DNA of 64,000 bases from an uncultured Desulfobacteraceae bacterium (GTDB taxonomy: Bacteria; Desulfobacterota; DSM-4660; Desulfatiglandales; Desulfatiglandaceae), in NCBI GenBank assembly GCA_964639275.1, contig CAZXCQ010000001.1, positions 10,243 to 74,242 on the forward strand, given 5' to 3'. The notes beneath the pieces are model-generated. The model saw only the letters and a list, made by a program, of their open reading frames with translations. It was not told the DNA's origin and searched no databases. Position numbers and translations under genes: made by a program. Shown here in pieces: positions 34,240 to 43,587 of this stretch (the first letter of the stretch is position 1; each line of letters starts with the position of its first letter).

Positions 34240-36141
34240 ATGGTTCAAACAAGTATTGCAGAAGCGTTCGGCCCTCCCCGCTTGAATTCAATCGAGGACC
34301 TGATTGCCTATCGCGAACAGATACTGGCCGAGCGTGATCCTGACAGACCCTATATTATTGTGTGTCATGGAACCGGATGCCAGGCAAACGGCAGCCCCGA
34401 GGTCGCCGAGGCACTCAAAAAGGCAATCCGTTCGGCAGACGTCAAGGCGGATGTCATTCCGGGCATAAAAACCACCGGCTGCCATGGTTTCTGTTCGCGA
34501 GGACCTCTGGTGATCATGCATCCATCCGGGATCTTTTATCAGATGGTGAAGCCCCGCGACTGCGAGGAGATCGTCGAGACTACCCTGATCGCGGGCAAAC
34601 CTGTGGAGCGCTTGCTATACCAGGACGCAAAAACCGGCAAGTACATTACCCACCATCATGAGATACCGTTCTACAGCAATCAAAAAAGGGTGGTCATGCG
34701 GAACATCGGAAAGATTGATCCCACAGATATTCGCGACTCCATCGTCACCGGCGGTTATCTATCCCTCGCAAAGGTCTTAACGACTATGGGGCCTGATGAA
34801 GTGGTAAGCACGATCGAAGCATCCGGCCTCAGGGGAAGAGGCGGTGCCGGTTTCCCCACCGGGAGAAAATGGAGGACCGCCATAAAGGCGGTTGAGAAAT
34901 GGGGTGGGCCTGTTTATGTGGTTGTCAACGGCGATGAGGGGGACCCCGGCGCCTTCATGGATCGAACCCTCATGGAGGGGGATCCCCATGCCCTATTGGA
35001 AGGACTCATTATCGGCGCCTATGGGATCGGTTCAAATCAGGGGTTTATCTACGTGCGGACAGAGTATCCTTTGGCGATCAAGCATCTCAACATCGCTATG
35101 GATCACGCCAGGGAACTCTGTCTCCTGGGGGAAGATATCCTTGGAAGCGGTTTTGATTTTGATATACAGATCAACAGAGGGGCGGGCGCCTTTGTGTGTG
35201 GCGAATCCACAGCGCTCTTCACCTCCATTGAGGGTCGTTCCGGTGAACCAAGACCCAAGTATATCCGCTCGGCCAAGGAAGGCCTTTGGGGAAAGCCAAC
35301 AGTCCTGAACAATGTTGAAACCTGGTGTAACGTGCCCATCATCATCGAGAAGGGTGCGGATTGGTATGCCGGGGTGGGTGTTCCCCACAGCACCGGGACC
35401 AAGGTGTTTTCCCTGGTTGGAAAGGTCAACAACGTTGGGTTGGTGGAGGTCCCCATGGGGATGCCTTTGGGCGATCTTATTGAAAAGATCGGTGGCGGTG
35501 TGCCCGGCAAGGATCATTTCAAGGCCGTTCAGACCGGCGGTCCATCGGGTGGCTGTCTCCCTTACGACAAAAGAGAGACACCCGTGGATTTTGATTCTCT
35601 TACCAGGGCCGGCTCTATGATGGGTTCGGGGGGCATGATTGTCATGGACGATCGAGATTGTCCCGTTGACCTGGGACGATACTTTCTCAGGTTTCTTGAA
35701 GACGAATCCTGTGGAAAATGCCTCCCCTGTCGATTGGGTCTGAAGGGAATGCTGGAGTTTCTCGACCGGTTTGCAAAGGGTGAGGGTTCGATAGAAGATC
35801 TGGATGAACTTCGAAGCCTGGCCCAGGCGGTCCAGGACGGTTCCCTTTGTGCACTGGGTGGCAGTGCCCCGAATCCGGTATTGACCACGCTCCATTATTT
35901 CCGGAAAGAATACGAAGCCCACATCCTGCATCAAAAATGCCCGGCGGGGGTGTGCAAGGACCTCATTACCTATCGTATCGATCCCGAGGCCTGTACTGGC
36001 TGTGGAACATGTGTTCGAAACTGTCCGCAAGGTTGTATAACCGGCGAAAAAAAACAGCCCCATACACTCGACCCCACCGCCTGCATCAAATGCGGGATAT
36101 GTTTGGATTCCTGTAAGTTTGGGGCGGTTAATGTGGTCTAG
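34240..36141 (+). CDS. NuoF/HoxF-like NAD(H)-binding FMN/[4Fe-4S] subunit with an N-terminal [2Fe-2S] domain and a C-terminal 2x[4Fe-4S] ferredoxin
   Basis: ATG 34240 after GGAGAAAGAG. Motifs: CHGTGC...CHGFC, GRGGAGFPTGRKW, ESCGKCLPCR, CTGCGTCVRNCP and CIKCGICLDSC. Confidence 0.9.
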   Translation: MVQTSIAEAFGPPRLNSIEDLIAYREQILAERDPDRPYIIVCHGTGCQANGSPEVAEALKKAIRSADVKADVIPGIKTTGCHGFCSRGPLVIMHPSGIFYQMVKPRDCEEIVETTLIAGKPVERLLYQDAKTGKYITHHHEIPFYSNQKRVVMRNIGKIDPTDIRDSIVTGGYLSLAKVLTTMGPDEVVSTIEASGLRGRGGAGFPTGRKWRTAIKAVEKWGGPVYVVVNGDEGDPGAFMDRTLMEGDPHALLEGLIIGAYGIGSNQGFIYVRTEYPLAIKHLNIAMDHARELCLLGEDILGSGFDFDIQINRGAGAFVCGESTALFTSIEGRSGEPRPKYIRSAKEGLWGKPTVLNNVETWCNVPIIIEKGADWYAGVGVPHSTGTKVFSLVGKVNNVGLVEVPMGMPLGDLIEKIGGGVPGKDHFKAVQTGGPSGGCLPYDKRETPVDFDSLTRAGSMMGSGGMIVMDDRDCPVDLGRYFLRFLEDESCGKCLPCRLGLKGMLEFLDRFAKGEGSIEDLDELRSLAQAVQDGSLCALGGSAPNPVLTTLHYFRKEYEAHILHQKCPAGVCKDLITYRIDPEACTGCGTCVRNCPQGCITGEKKQPHTLDPTACIKCGICLDSCKFGAVNVV

Positions 36142-36153
36142 AGAGGTGATAAC

Positions 36154-36379
36154 CGTTCACGGGTTCAAAGGTTCAGGGGTTCAAAGTCGATTCTCGTCCC
36201 CTTATTCCATTCAGGAGGCGTATTCACATGAGAAGCGTGCGGATTTGTCATTCCCAATCTGAAAATTGGCGGCGCATTGGTAAGTATGTGGGAAAGCCAG
36301 CATGTCTTGCAAGGACTTGCGGTCTTCAATTTTGTCTTTGTCCCTAACCCTGAACGTTGAACCCAGAACCTGTGAACCC
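36154..36379. repeat. Intergenic element: inverted arrays of GGTTCA-type units flanking a ~150-nt core
   Basis: Left arm is gttcacgggttcaaaggttcaggggttcaaag. The reverse complement of the right arm is gggttcacaggttctgggttcaacgttcaggg. Confidence 0.6.
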
Positions 36380-36396
36380 TTACGAGAGGTGTTATT

Positions 36397-37035
36397 ATGA
36401 GTAGGAAAAAAGCGACGGAAAACGGTTCCATCCATTTCACCATCGACGGCAAGAAGGTTGAGGCCCGGGCGGGATGGACCGTGCTGGAGACCGCAAGGCA
36501 CTATGGGATCAACATTCCCACACTTTGTTACCACGAGGCCTTAAAGCCGAGCGGCGCTTGCAGACTCTGTGTGGTTGAGGCAAGGGAGGGGGATTGGTCC
36601 AGGGTCGTCATATCTTGCATGTATCCAGCCCGGGAAGGTATCGAGATACAGACTGATTCAGTGCGAGTAAAAAACGTGCGCCGCTGGATCCTTGAGCTGC
36701 TTCTGGCAGAATGCCCTGCTTCGAAGGAAATCAAGGCCCTGGCAGCCGAATACGGCGTCGATACCACCCGCTTCAATATAAAGGATCAGGAAGAGGAGTG
36801 CATTCTATGCGGCCTGTGTGTGCGGGCATGCGAGGAAATTGTTGGGGTCAGGGCCATATCATTTGGTTCAAGGGGTGTGGACAAACATGTGGCTACGCCC
36901 TTTATGATACCCAATAAGGCATGTATCGCCTGTGGGACGTGCGTTTTAGTCTGTCCCACTGGTGCGATGCAGGCCCGTCTGGACAAGGTCCGCGGTGATA
37001 TCTCAGGGCGCACCGGACATGGCTTTGCCCATTAA
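36397..37035 (+). CDS. NuoG N-terminal-like [2Fe-2S]/2x[4Fe-4S] ferredoxin subunit
   Basis: FTIDGKKVEA..GWTVLETARHYGINIPTLCYHE...GACRLCVVE, then CILCGLCVRACEE and CIACGTCVLVCP. Confidence 0.8.
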   Translation: MSRKKATENGSIHFTIDGKKVEARAGWTVLETARHYGINIPTLCYHEALKPSGACRLCVVEAREGDWSRVVISCMYPAREGIEIQTDSVRVKNVRRWILELLLAECPASKEIKALAAEYGVDTTRFNIKDQEEECILCGLCVRACEEIVGVRAISFGSRGVDKHVATPFMIPNKACIACGTCVLVCPTGAMQARLDKVRGDISGRTGHGFAH

Positions 37036-37047
37036 AGGAGGTCCAAA

Positions 37048-39495
37048 ATGGAACATATCATAAATAAAGAAAAAGGTGAGCAAGCAAGAATCGGCGTATT
37101 CCTCTGCGAATGCGGCGGAAAAATTGGGGCCAGGGTCGATCTAAGCCATCTTGAGCAAATTATGGGCCATGATCCCGTGGTCAGTCGTGTGCAAACCCTC
37201 CCGTTTCCTTGCATAACCCCCGGTCTTGGAGAAGTCAAAAAGACCATATCCGACAATGGCCTCAATCGGGTCGTTATTGCCGGCTGTGAATACCGCACCA
37301 TGATCAAAAAGTTCGGAAGAGAGCTGGAGGGACTGGGCCTGGAGGAGGGACAAATAGACATGGTCAACCTCCGAGACCATGTCGCGGCCGTAAATGGTAG
37401 AGGTCCGTCTGAACTTGCCGAGAAGGGGGCAAAACTCATCAAGGCATCTTTGGCCGGATTAGAGGCGTTGCTTCCCTCGCCAAAGGTGAAGGTTGAATTC
37501 AATGGTCCTGTTATGATTTTGGGGGGTGGCTTGGCAACCTACTCGGCCGCTCAGGAACTTTCTCGTCAAGGCATCGAGACGGTTATTGCGGTTCAAACCG
37601 AGGAGATCGAAGACGAAATCAGAATGCTCCATGAACGCTACCCGGGGGAGCGCCGAAGCCATGAGCGGCTTATGGAGATAATGAAGGAGGTCGAGGAAAG
37701 TCCTCATGTCAAAAAGATCTCAGTGGGAGAACTGGAAAAGGTGCTGGGTGTAGTCGGGAACTATACCGTGGTCTTTTCTTCAGAGGTTGATAAACCGCAG
37801 AAGGTCTACACCGTGGGCGCCATCATTGCCGCCCTGGATGGCGAGATGCACAATCAGGGAACTGACTTTGGGCACGATGGAAAAAGGGTCCTCTGCCATA
37901 CAGAAATGGAAGAGCATATCTGGCTCCACGGGGTTCCGGGTCATCGAGTCGTCTTTTGGATCAATGACCTGGAAACCGATAGACCCTATGCTTCACTCTC
38001 CGCAAGAACCGCATGGAATATGGCGACCTATTTCCGTAAAAAGAACGTTCAATGCCAAACATCGATCTTATACAATGAAAAAATCGACCTGCCCTTGAGC
38101 GGTGCAGAGCGAAGAAGGGCCAGGCAATTGGGTATCAAATGGATTCCCTATGATGGTAGCGTGAGACCCGCAGTCCAGAAAGGCTATATCACCTACAATG
38201 AGCCTGAGACGCAGATCGAAAGGGAGCTGTCCTGGGATCAACTGGTCATTTCCCCCAAAAGGCATCCGGGGATCGAACAGATCAAAGTTGCGAAAATCCT
38301 CGGCCTGCACGTGCACGGGGAGGAATTCCTTGAAAGAAATCCACAAATGGTGCGACCGGAACAGGTCGGGATCGACGAAAAATATCTGGCAGGTTCGGCG
38401 CGCCGGCCCTGCGACCTGCGGGAGTCATTGCGGCAGGGACGTCGTGCAGCCCAAAAGACGGCAGAGATCGCTCGACGCGCTTTAGCCGGTGAGCTTTATG
38501 CCCCGAGGATGGTTTGCACCGTGGACCAGAGCAAGTGCAACGGGTGCGGGCTCTGTCGCGAGATTTGTGATTGCGGCGGCATTGCGCCGGTTGACGGTCT
38601 TGGCGGGAACATCCCCCGTGTTGTGGATCCCATGGCTTGTACAGGAGGAGGGACCTGCGCGGCAGCTTGCCCCAACAGTGCCCTGGTCCTGCTCAACAAC
38701 ACCACGGCCCAACGAGAGGCGAGAGTGGCCGCATTGGCCTCCAGCCTGGCAGCCAATGAAGTCATGGGGTACGGGTGTAGCTGGGGCGGGGCGGCCGCGG
38801 CCGATCATGCGGGACTAAAGGGCATGAAATATAGCGAGCGGTTTTATCTGCTCCCCATCGGTTGTATCGGCCAGCTGGATCCGACAGTCCTGGGGAGGGC
38901 CTTTCTGGAAGGGGCTAGCGGACTCATCCTTATCGGGTGCCCCACCGAGGAGTGTCATCATAGTTATGGTCTCGACCATACCTGGAGTCGTGTCCTCCTC
39001 GTCAAAAAGCTCCTTTCCCTTGTCGGGTTGGAGCGAGACCGCATTGCCCTGGCCCACACCGACCTGAACAAGCCGGAACAATACATCAAGACCGTCAACA
39101 GTTTTGTGGGCCTAATAAACCGGTTGGGGCCCATCCACCGGGACAGGGATATGAAAACAAAGCTCAGAGACATGTACGACACGCTCAAAAACCCCCGTAT
39201 TCGATGGGTGCTGGGGGCCAGCCTTCGTCGGCCGTGGGAAACCACATATCCGACGGATCAGAGAAATGCGCTGGCCTACGATGAAACCCTGTCCGATGTG
39301 GTTACGGAGGAATTCATCCGCACGAGAGTCATGAACCTTCTCAGGCATGAGTCTCAATTCCTTCACATAAACCAGATCACCCAGTCTCTAAACGAGGAAA
39401 AGCAGGAGGTTTTGACCTGCCTCAAGGAAATGACACGGGAAGGCATTGTTTCACGCATCTTTAAAGATCGTGTCCCCTATTACTTGATGCAGTAG
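37048..39495 (+). CDS. HdrA-like flavoprotein fused to an MvhD/FlpD domain
   Basis: RIGVFLCECGGKIG...RVVIAGCEY is the HdrA inserted-domain pattern. A GGGLATYSAA dinucleotide fold is present, then CNGCGLCREIC and CTGGGTCAAACP. The MvhD-like block is GYGCSWGG...YLLPIGCIGQLD...LILIGCPTEECHHSYG. Confidence 0.75.
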   Translation: MEHIINKEKGEQARIGVFLCECGGKIGARVDLSHLEQIMGHDPVVSRVQTLPFPCITPGLGEVKKTISDNGLNRVVIAGCEYRTMIKKFGRELEGLGLEEGQIDMVNLRDHVAAVNGRGPSELAEKGAKLIKASLAGLEALLPSPKVKVEFNGPVMILGGGLATYSAAQELSRQGIETVIAVQTEEIEDEIRMLHERYPGERRSHERLMEIMKEVEESPHVKKISVGELEKVLGVVGNYTVVFSSEVDKPQKVYTVGAIIAALDGEMHNQGTDFGHDGKRVLCHTEMEEHIWLHGVPGHRVVFWINDLETDRPYASLSARTAWNMATYFRKKNVQCQTSILYNEKIDLPLSGAERRRARQLGIKWIPYDGSVRPAVQKGYITYNEPETQIERELSWDQLVISPKRHPGIEQIKVAKILGLHVHGEEFLERNPQMVRPEQVGIDEKYLAGSARRPCDLRESLRQGRRAAQKTAEIARRALAGELYAPRMVCTVDQSKCNGCGLCREICDCGGIAPVDGLGGNIPRVVDPMACTGGGTCAAACPNSALVLLNNTTAQREARVAALASSLAANEVMGYGCSWGGAAAADHAGLKGMKYSERFYLLPIGCIGQLDPTVLGRAFLEGASGLILIGCPTEECHHSYGLDHTWSRVLLVKKLLSLVGLERDRIALAHTDLNKPEQYIKTVNSFVGLINRLGPIHRDRDMKTKLRDMYDTLKNPRIRWVLGASLRRPWETTYPTDQRNALAYDETLSDVVTEEFIRTRVMNLLRHESQFLHINQITQSLNEEKQEVLTCLKEMTREGIVSRIFKDRVPYYLMQ

Positions 39496-39591
39496 TCCTG
39501 CAAAGCCATATTACGACCAGACCCCGCCACCATATTTGCCCGTAGCAGTGGGGGCCTGACAATAAAAAATCGACCGAAACGGCCCCCTTGA

Positions 39592-39663
39592 CACCAAAAC
39601 TGATCGATTGCCCTGCGGATCAAGACTGCAACTGACTCACCGTTGGGGCGCGAAATCTCCTTG
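39592..39663. repeat. ~70-nt repeat, copy 2
   Basis: See 30867-30934. The minus-strand translation contains SVAVLIRRAIDQF. Confidence 0.6.
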
Positions 39664-39718
39664 ACCAAATGAACCCGTCCCTCTATCGTCACCCCTTGCC
39701 ACCCGAGGCTCCGGGAAG

Positions 39719-40147
39719 TTATCTCTGCGCAAGCCCTTCGGATCGATCTCTCTTCTGTCCCACATTCAGCCCTGCCTCAAGATTCTTAAGGGCCTTCAGA
39801 CGCTTCAGAAGCTCCTCTGCCTGTCCTCTATCCGGACTGATCGGTAGCTGGGCCATGAGCCCTAGGCCCTCACTGGCCTCATGAAAGTCTTCTGCAGAAA
39901 GGGGACTTACAATCGCACAATGGGTCATCGGATTCACACCGAGAAGTCTCCCGGCCAACTCCAGCCCTGTCATATCCCCGAGTTCTCTATCCGCCACCAC
40001 CAAATCGAAGGAGGTCTCTGAAACCCTGCGCAAGGCATCCTCACCCGATTCCACGTTGGAGAGATCCACATCTTCATGTTGCTCCAGGGCTTCAGCCAGG
40101 CTGAATAAAGAGGTATCATCAGAACTCACCAGCAATACCTTATACAT
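39719..40147 (-). CDS. Stand-alone response regulator receiver protein
   Basis: MYKVLLVSSDD...FDLVVADRELGDMTG matches the receiver pattern. No output domain is present. Confidence 0.75.
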   Translation of the reverse strand: MYKVLLVSSDDTSLFSLAEALEQHEDVDLSNVESGEDALRRVSETSFDLVVADRELGDMTGLELAGRLLGVNPMTHCAIVSPLSAEDFHEASEGLGLMAQLPISPDRGQAEELLKRLKALKNLEAGLNVGQKRDRSEGLAQR

Positions 40148-40159
40148 AGCTACCTCCTC

Positions 40160-40909
40160 CTATCTCAGACGCAGGTTAACCTTCCTGATGTGATTCTTAA
40201 AGACCCTCATCCCTCCCCCTTCACTGACAACGCGCAACACCTCCCGAGGTCTGGTCACAACAACGCCGGATAGAAGTGTCACGGGTGTCTCTTTGAATGC
40301 TTCGGAGACCAGGGGCGTAGAAGCACCCAGCAGCACAACCTCCCGGCAAGAAACAGTCGCATCAAGGATACGGTCAATCGTATGATTAACGATTGATGTT
40401 GAGGTGATCAGGGCCACCTGGCAGTGCGGCAGGTGGTTATAAGCCTCGCTTTCGGGCAATATATCCCCCTCTGGCCTGTCGATCTGCTCAAATATCTTCA
40501 GAGAGGAGGTCCTTTTCCGCAACTCCGAAACCATGGGTGCAAAATACCCGACCATCCCCGCCCTGTCATCTGGGCCAAGCCTGAGATGTCTAAGGACATC
40601 CCCTTCAACAAACCCCTCTCTTGTTGTGTTTGAAATGGCATTGGCGGTGGCCAGCGCAACCGCCAATTCAACCTTGTGGGTTGAGTCAAACAGGGTGAGC
40701 AATCCAGTGGCCTTTTTCCCTGCCAGTGGGCCCAGGTCTCTCAGGCCACCGCACCCTCCCGTTGCGTCCCTGTGAAAGGTAAATGCAAGGCCCACCTGAC
40801 CATTATCCAGATGCACTGCCGTGTATCTCAAGCCGATACGGACGTCTATTACACATAGATCTTCTGCCGCAGTGATAGCCAGTTCCTTAAGTCGCTCTGA
40901 TATATGCAT
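40160..40909 (-). CDS. DUF4213/DUF364 family protein (Rossmann-like, putative metal/cofactor handling)
   Basis: The N-terminus (VIDVRIGLRYTAVHLDNGQVGLAFTF) and C-terminus (VALITSTSIVNHTID...VVLLGASTPL) follow the pattern typical of DUF4213+DUF364 proteins. Confidence 0.65.
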   Translation of the reverse strand: MHISERLKELAITAAEDLCVIDVRIGLRYTAVHLDNGQVGLAFTFHRDATGGCGGLRDLGPLAGKKATGLLTLFDSTHKVELAVALATANAISNTTREGFVEGDVLRHLRLGPDDRAGMVGYFAPMVSELRKRTSSLKIFEQIDRPEGDILPESEAYNHLPHCQVALITSTSIVNHTIDRILDATVSCREVVLLGASTPLVSEAFKETPVTLLSGVVVTRPREVLRVVSEGGGMRVFKNHIRKVNLRLR

Positions 40910-41224
40910 AAATTCCTTTCTGCGCCAAGGGTACTGTCGAACCCTGGGAGTTTCTTCCTATTGCCCATATCTTGCCATTCGCAGTCAAAATGTGCAAGAT
41001 TTTGTGCTCTATTGTGTTGAACTTGAGGTTCTAGAGTTCCCTCGTCATGCCGGAGTTGATCCGGCTAGGCGGTTCAATCAGTTGTCTCTCCTCCCGGAAA
41101 TTTCCCCTTAAACTAGCCATTGCAAGGGGAGGTAAGGCTTGTAAGTCCTTCTTAGAACTCCTCGTAATCAAGAGGGGGTCCTACCAGAAAGATCGCCTAT
41201 CTTAATTGTGTGTATGCGTGAGGC

Positions 41225-43264
41225 TCAGAGTTTTGTGATCCTCACGCAAGCCACTTTAAATTCTGGAATCTTGGCCAGAGGGTCGAACGCCTCTGCATTG
41301 GTGAGTATGTTTGTTGGGCTTTCCCCAAAGTGAATGGGCAGAAAAACCATTCCTGGTTTCACAGATGTTGTCACTCGTGCGGGAACCTCCATCTCACCTC
41401 TCCGGGATGAAACAAGAAGAATATCTCCGTCCTTAACACCCGTTGCCCGCGCATCCTCCGGATTGATGTCCACATATCCCGTCGTCTGCTCGACGTCGAG
41501 ATGAGGGGATATCCTTGTCATGGTTCCGGTGTGGAAATGGGCAAACATCCGGCCTGTAGTCATGGAAACCGCGTATTTGGCATCTGGGCTTTCTGCCGGG
41601 GATTGATAATGGATAGCATGGAATTTTCCCTTTCCGCCTGCAAATCGGTCTTTGTGAAGATAGGGAGTTCCGGGGTGATCAATACTGGGACAAGGCCACA
41701 TCAGCCCATTGATCCCCAACCTTTCATAGGTCATGCCCCCATAGTGCCTCTGATTCAGGCTGGCCATTTCGAGAAAAATCTCTTCGGGGTCTCTATATAC
41801 CATTTCATAGCCCATGGCCGTAGAGAGTTTGCAGATAATCTCCCAGTCAGGGAGTGCCTCTCCGATCGGTTCAATGGCTTTATTCACCTTCATGCATCGG
41901 CGCTCCGAGTTTGTGAATGTCCCTTCCTTTTCGGCAGCCGAGGCCGCTGGAAACACCACATGTGCGACCTGGGCCGTCTCTGAGAGAAAGAGATCCTGAA
42001 CAACCAAGAGATCAAGGTGTTTCATGGCATGATTGAGATGGTTCCAGTCGGGATCACTCAGCTTCGGGTTCTCACCGATTACATACAGGGCCTTCAACTG
42101 ACCTTCTAGCATGGCCGCGACCATCTCGGTAATGGTCAGTCCGACCCTTTCCGGAATTCTCTTGCCCCAGGCCCTGGAGAATCTCTCGTTTACCTCCGGA
42201 TCGATGACAGGCTGATATCCTGGCAGTACGTTGGGAAGCCCGCCCATATCACACGCCCCCTGGACATTGTTCTGTCCTCTTAAGGGATTAACACCCCCGC
42301 TCGGTATACCCACATACCCGCAGAGCAGGGCCAGATTGCAACAGGACTTGACGTTGTCCACACCCGTTGTGTGCTGGGTGATGCCCATGGCATAGAGCAA
42401 GGAGCCCGGAGGATTATTGGCATAGAGATCAGCCATCCGATAAATGTCCCTTGGGCGGACATCCGTAATGGCCTCTACCTTTTGAGGGCTGTAATCCTCC
42501 AGAACTTTTTGGAATTCAGCGAAATCCTCAGTCCTCTCTTTAATATAGTCCTTTGCCTGCCAGTCATTTTGAATGATGACATACATTATCCCGTTGAGCA
42601 GGGCGACATCAGTGCCGAGACGGTGTTGCACGGCGATATCCGCAAACTGTGCCAGGTGTATATTTCTTGGATCGGCTACAATCAACTTGGCACCCTTCTC
42701 TTTGGCCCGGATGATGCGGCGTGCGATTAAGGGATGGCATGCTGTGGTATTAGAACCGGTGACAAAAATGCAACCGGCATCCTCAATCTCGGAGATAGAA
42801 TTGGTCATCGCTCCGCTGCCAAATGCGGCGACAAGACCTGCCACCGTGGAGGAATGTCAGAGACGGGCACAGTGATCCACATTGTTGGTGCCGATGACAG
42901 CCCTGGCAAACTTCTGGGCAAGATAGTTCTCTTCATTGGTCATTTTGGCTGATACCAGGACCCCGACGCTATCCGGGCCACTTTTTTTGACGATTTCCTT
43001 TAGCCTCTCGGAGGCAAAATGGATGGCCTTATCCCACGTGGCCTGACGAAATCTCCCGTTCATTTTGATAAGGGGTGATTTGAGGCGCATGGGGCTGTTT
43101 ATGTATTCGTGAAGTTGCCAGCCTTTGATACACAGTTTTCCTTCATTAACGGGATGGGTCTTCAAGGGCATGGTGCCACCAAGCTTCCCATTAATGACCA
43201 GGAAAAGGACACCGCAGCCTGTCCCGCAGTAAGAACAGACAGATGGGACTATTTTGCTATCCAT
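41225..43264 (-). CDS. fdhA: Formate dehydrogenase catalytic subunit (molybdo/tungstopterin), selenocysteine-containing; joins two track ORFs
   Basis: The N-terminal CSYCGTGC...C motif indicates a [4Fe-4S] site. The in-frame TGA at 42857-42859 gives [30 protein letters not shown], the canonical FdhH/FdhA Sec context. ATG 43264 follows GAGGTG. No Tat signal is present. Confidence 0.9.
42857..42859 (-). other. UGA selenocysteine codon of fdhA
   Basis: See the CDS entry. A hairpin, GGUGGC-AGGUCUU-GUCGCC (42827-42845), starts 11 nt downstream and has a GGUC-containing loop. Confidence 0.85.
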
Positions 43265-43587
43265 TTTTCTCACCTCATTGCGTCAATCACAGATACCCGA
43301 CAGCATCAAGATCCATTTTGTTGACTACAGCCCGTATTCCGCAAAATTGTCTTCTGACCTTGCAAGTGTATGGAATCATTGTGTGTTGTTCGCTCATATT
43401 TATGGGCTATAGTTTCCAGTAGATTGGAAACATATTGCTATTTCAATATGTTACAAATCTGCTTTCCAGAATACGGGCTACAGGAGAAAATGGTATCATC
43501 ATTGGAAAGGTCTGTTTCTCAATCCATGATTGGGAATGGGATAAAAAATCTCCTGGGTCAGGACCTGTTTCAATTCCGATACCTCGT

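Noticed and set aside
35032-36063. 343-aa antisense ORF inside the nuoF-like gene. Similar long antisense ORFs occur at 26858-27640, 12793-13482, 17521-18078, 14608-15192, 31215-31874, 50910-51593, 59337-60014, 11485-12045 and 37032-37502.
   Set aside because: In every case the opposite strand encodes a protein with clear family motifs. The antisense translations are low-complexity or Arg/Pro/Gly-rich with no motifs. This is typical shadow-ORF behaviour in moderately GC-rich DNA.
40961-40977. Possible sigma54 promoter TGGCAA-gatat-GGGC (minus strand) upstream of the DUF364 gene.
   Set aside because: The GG-N10-GC spacing is correct, but the -12 element lacks the conserved TT. It is too weak to list as a feature and is mentioned only as context in the DUF364 finding.
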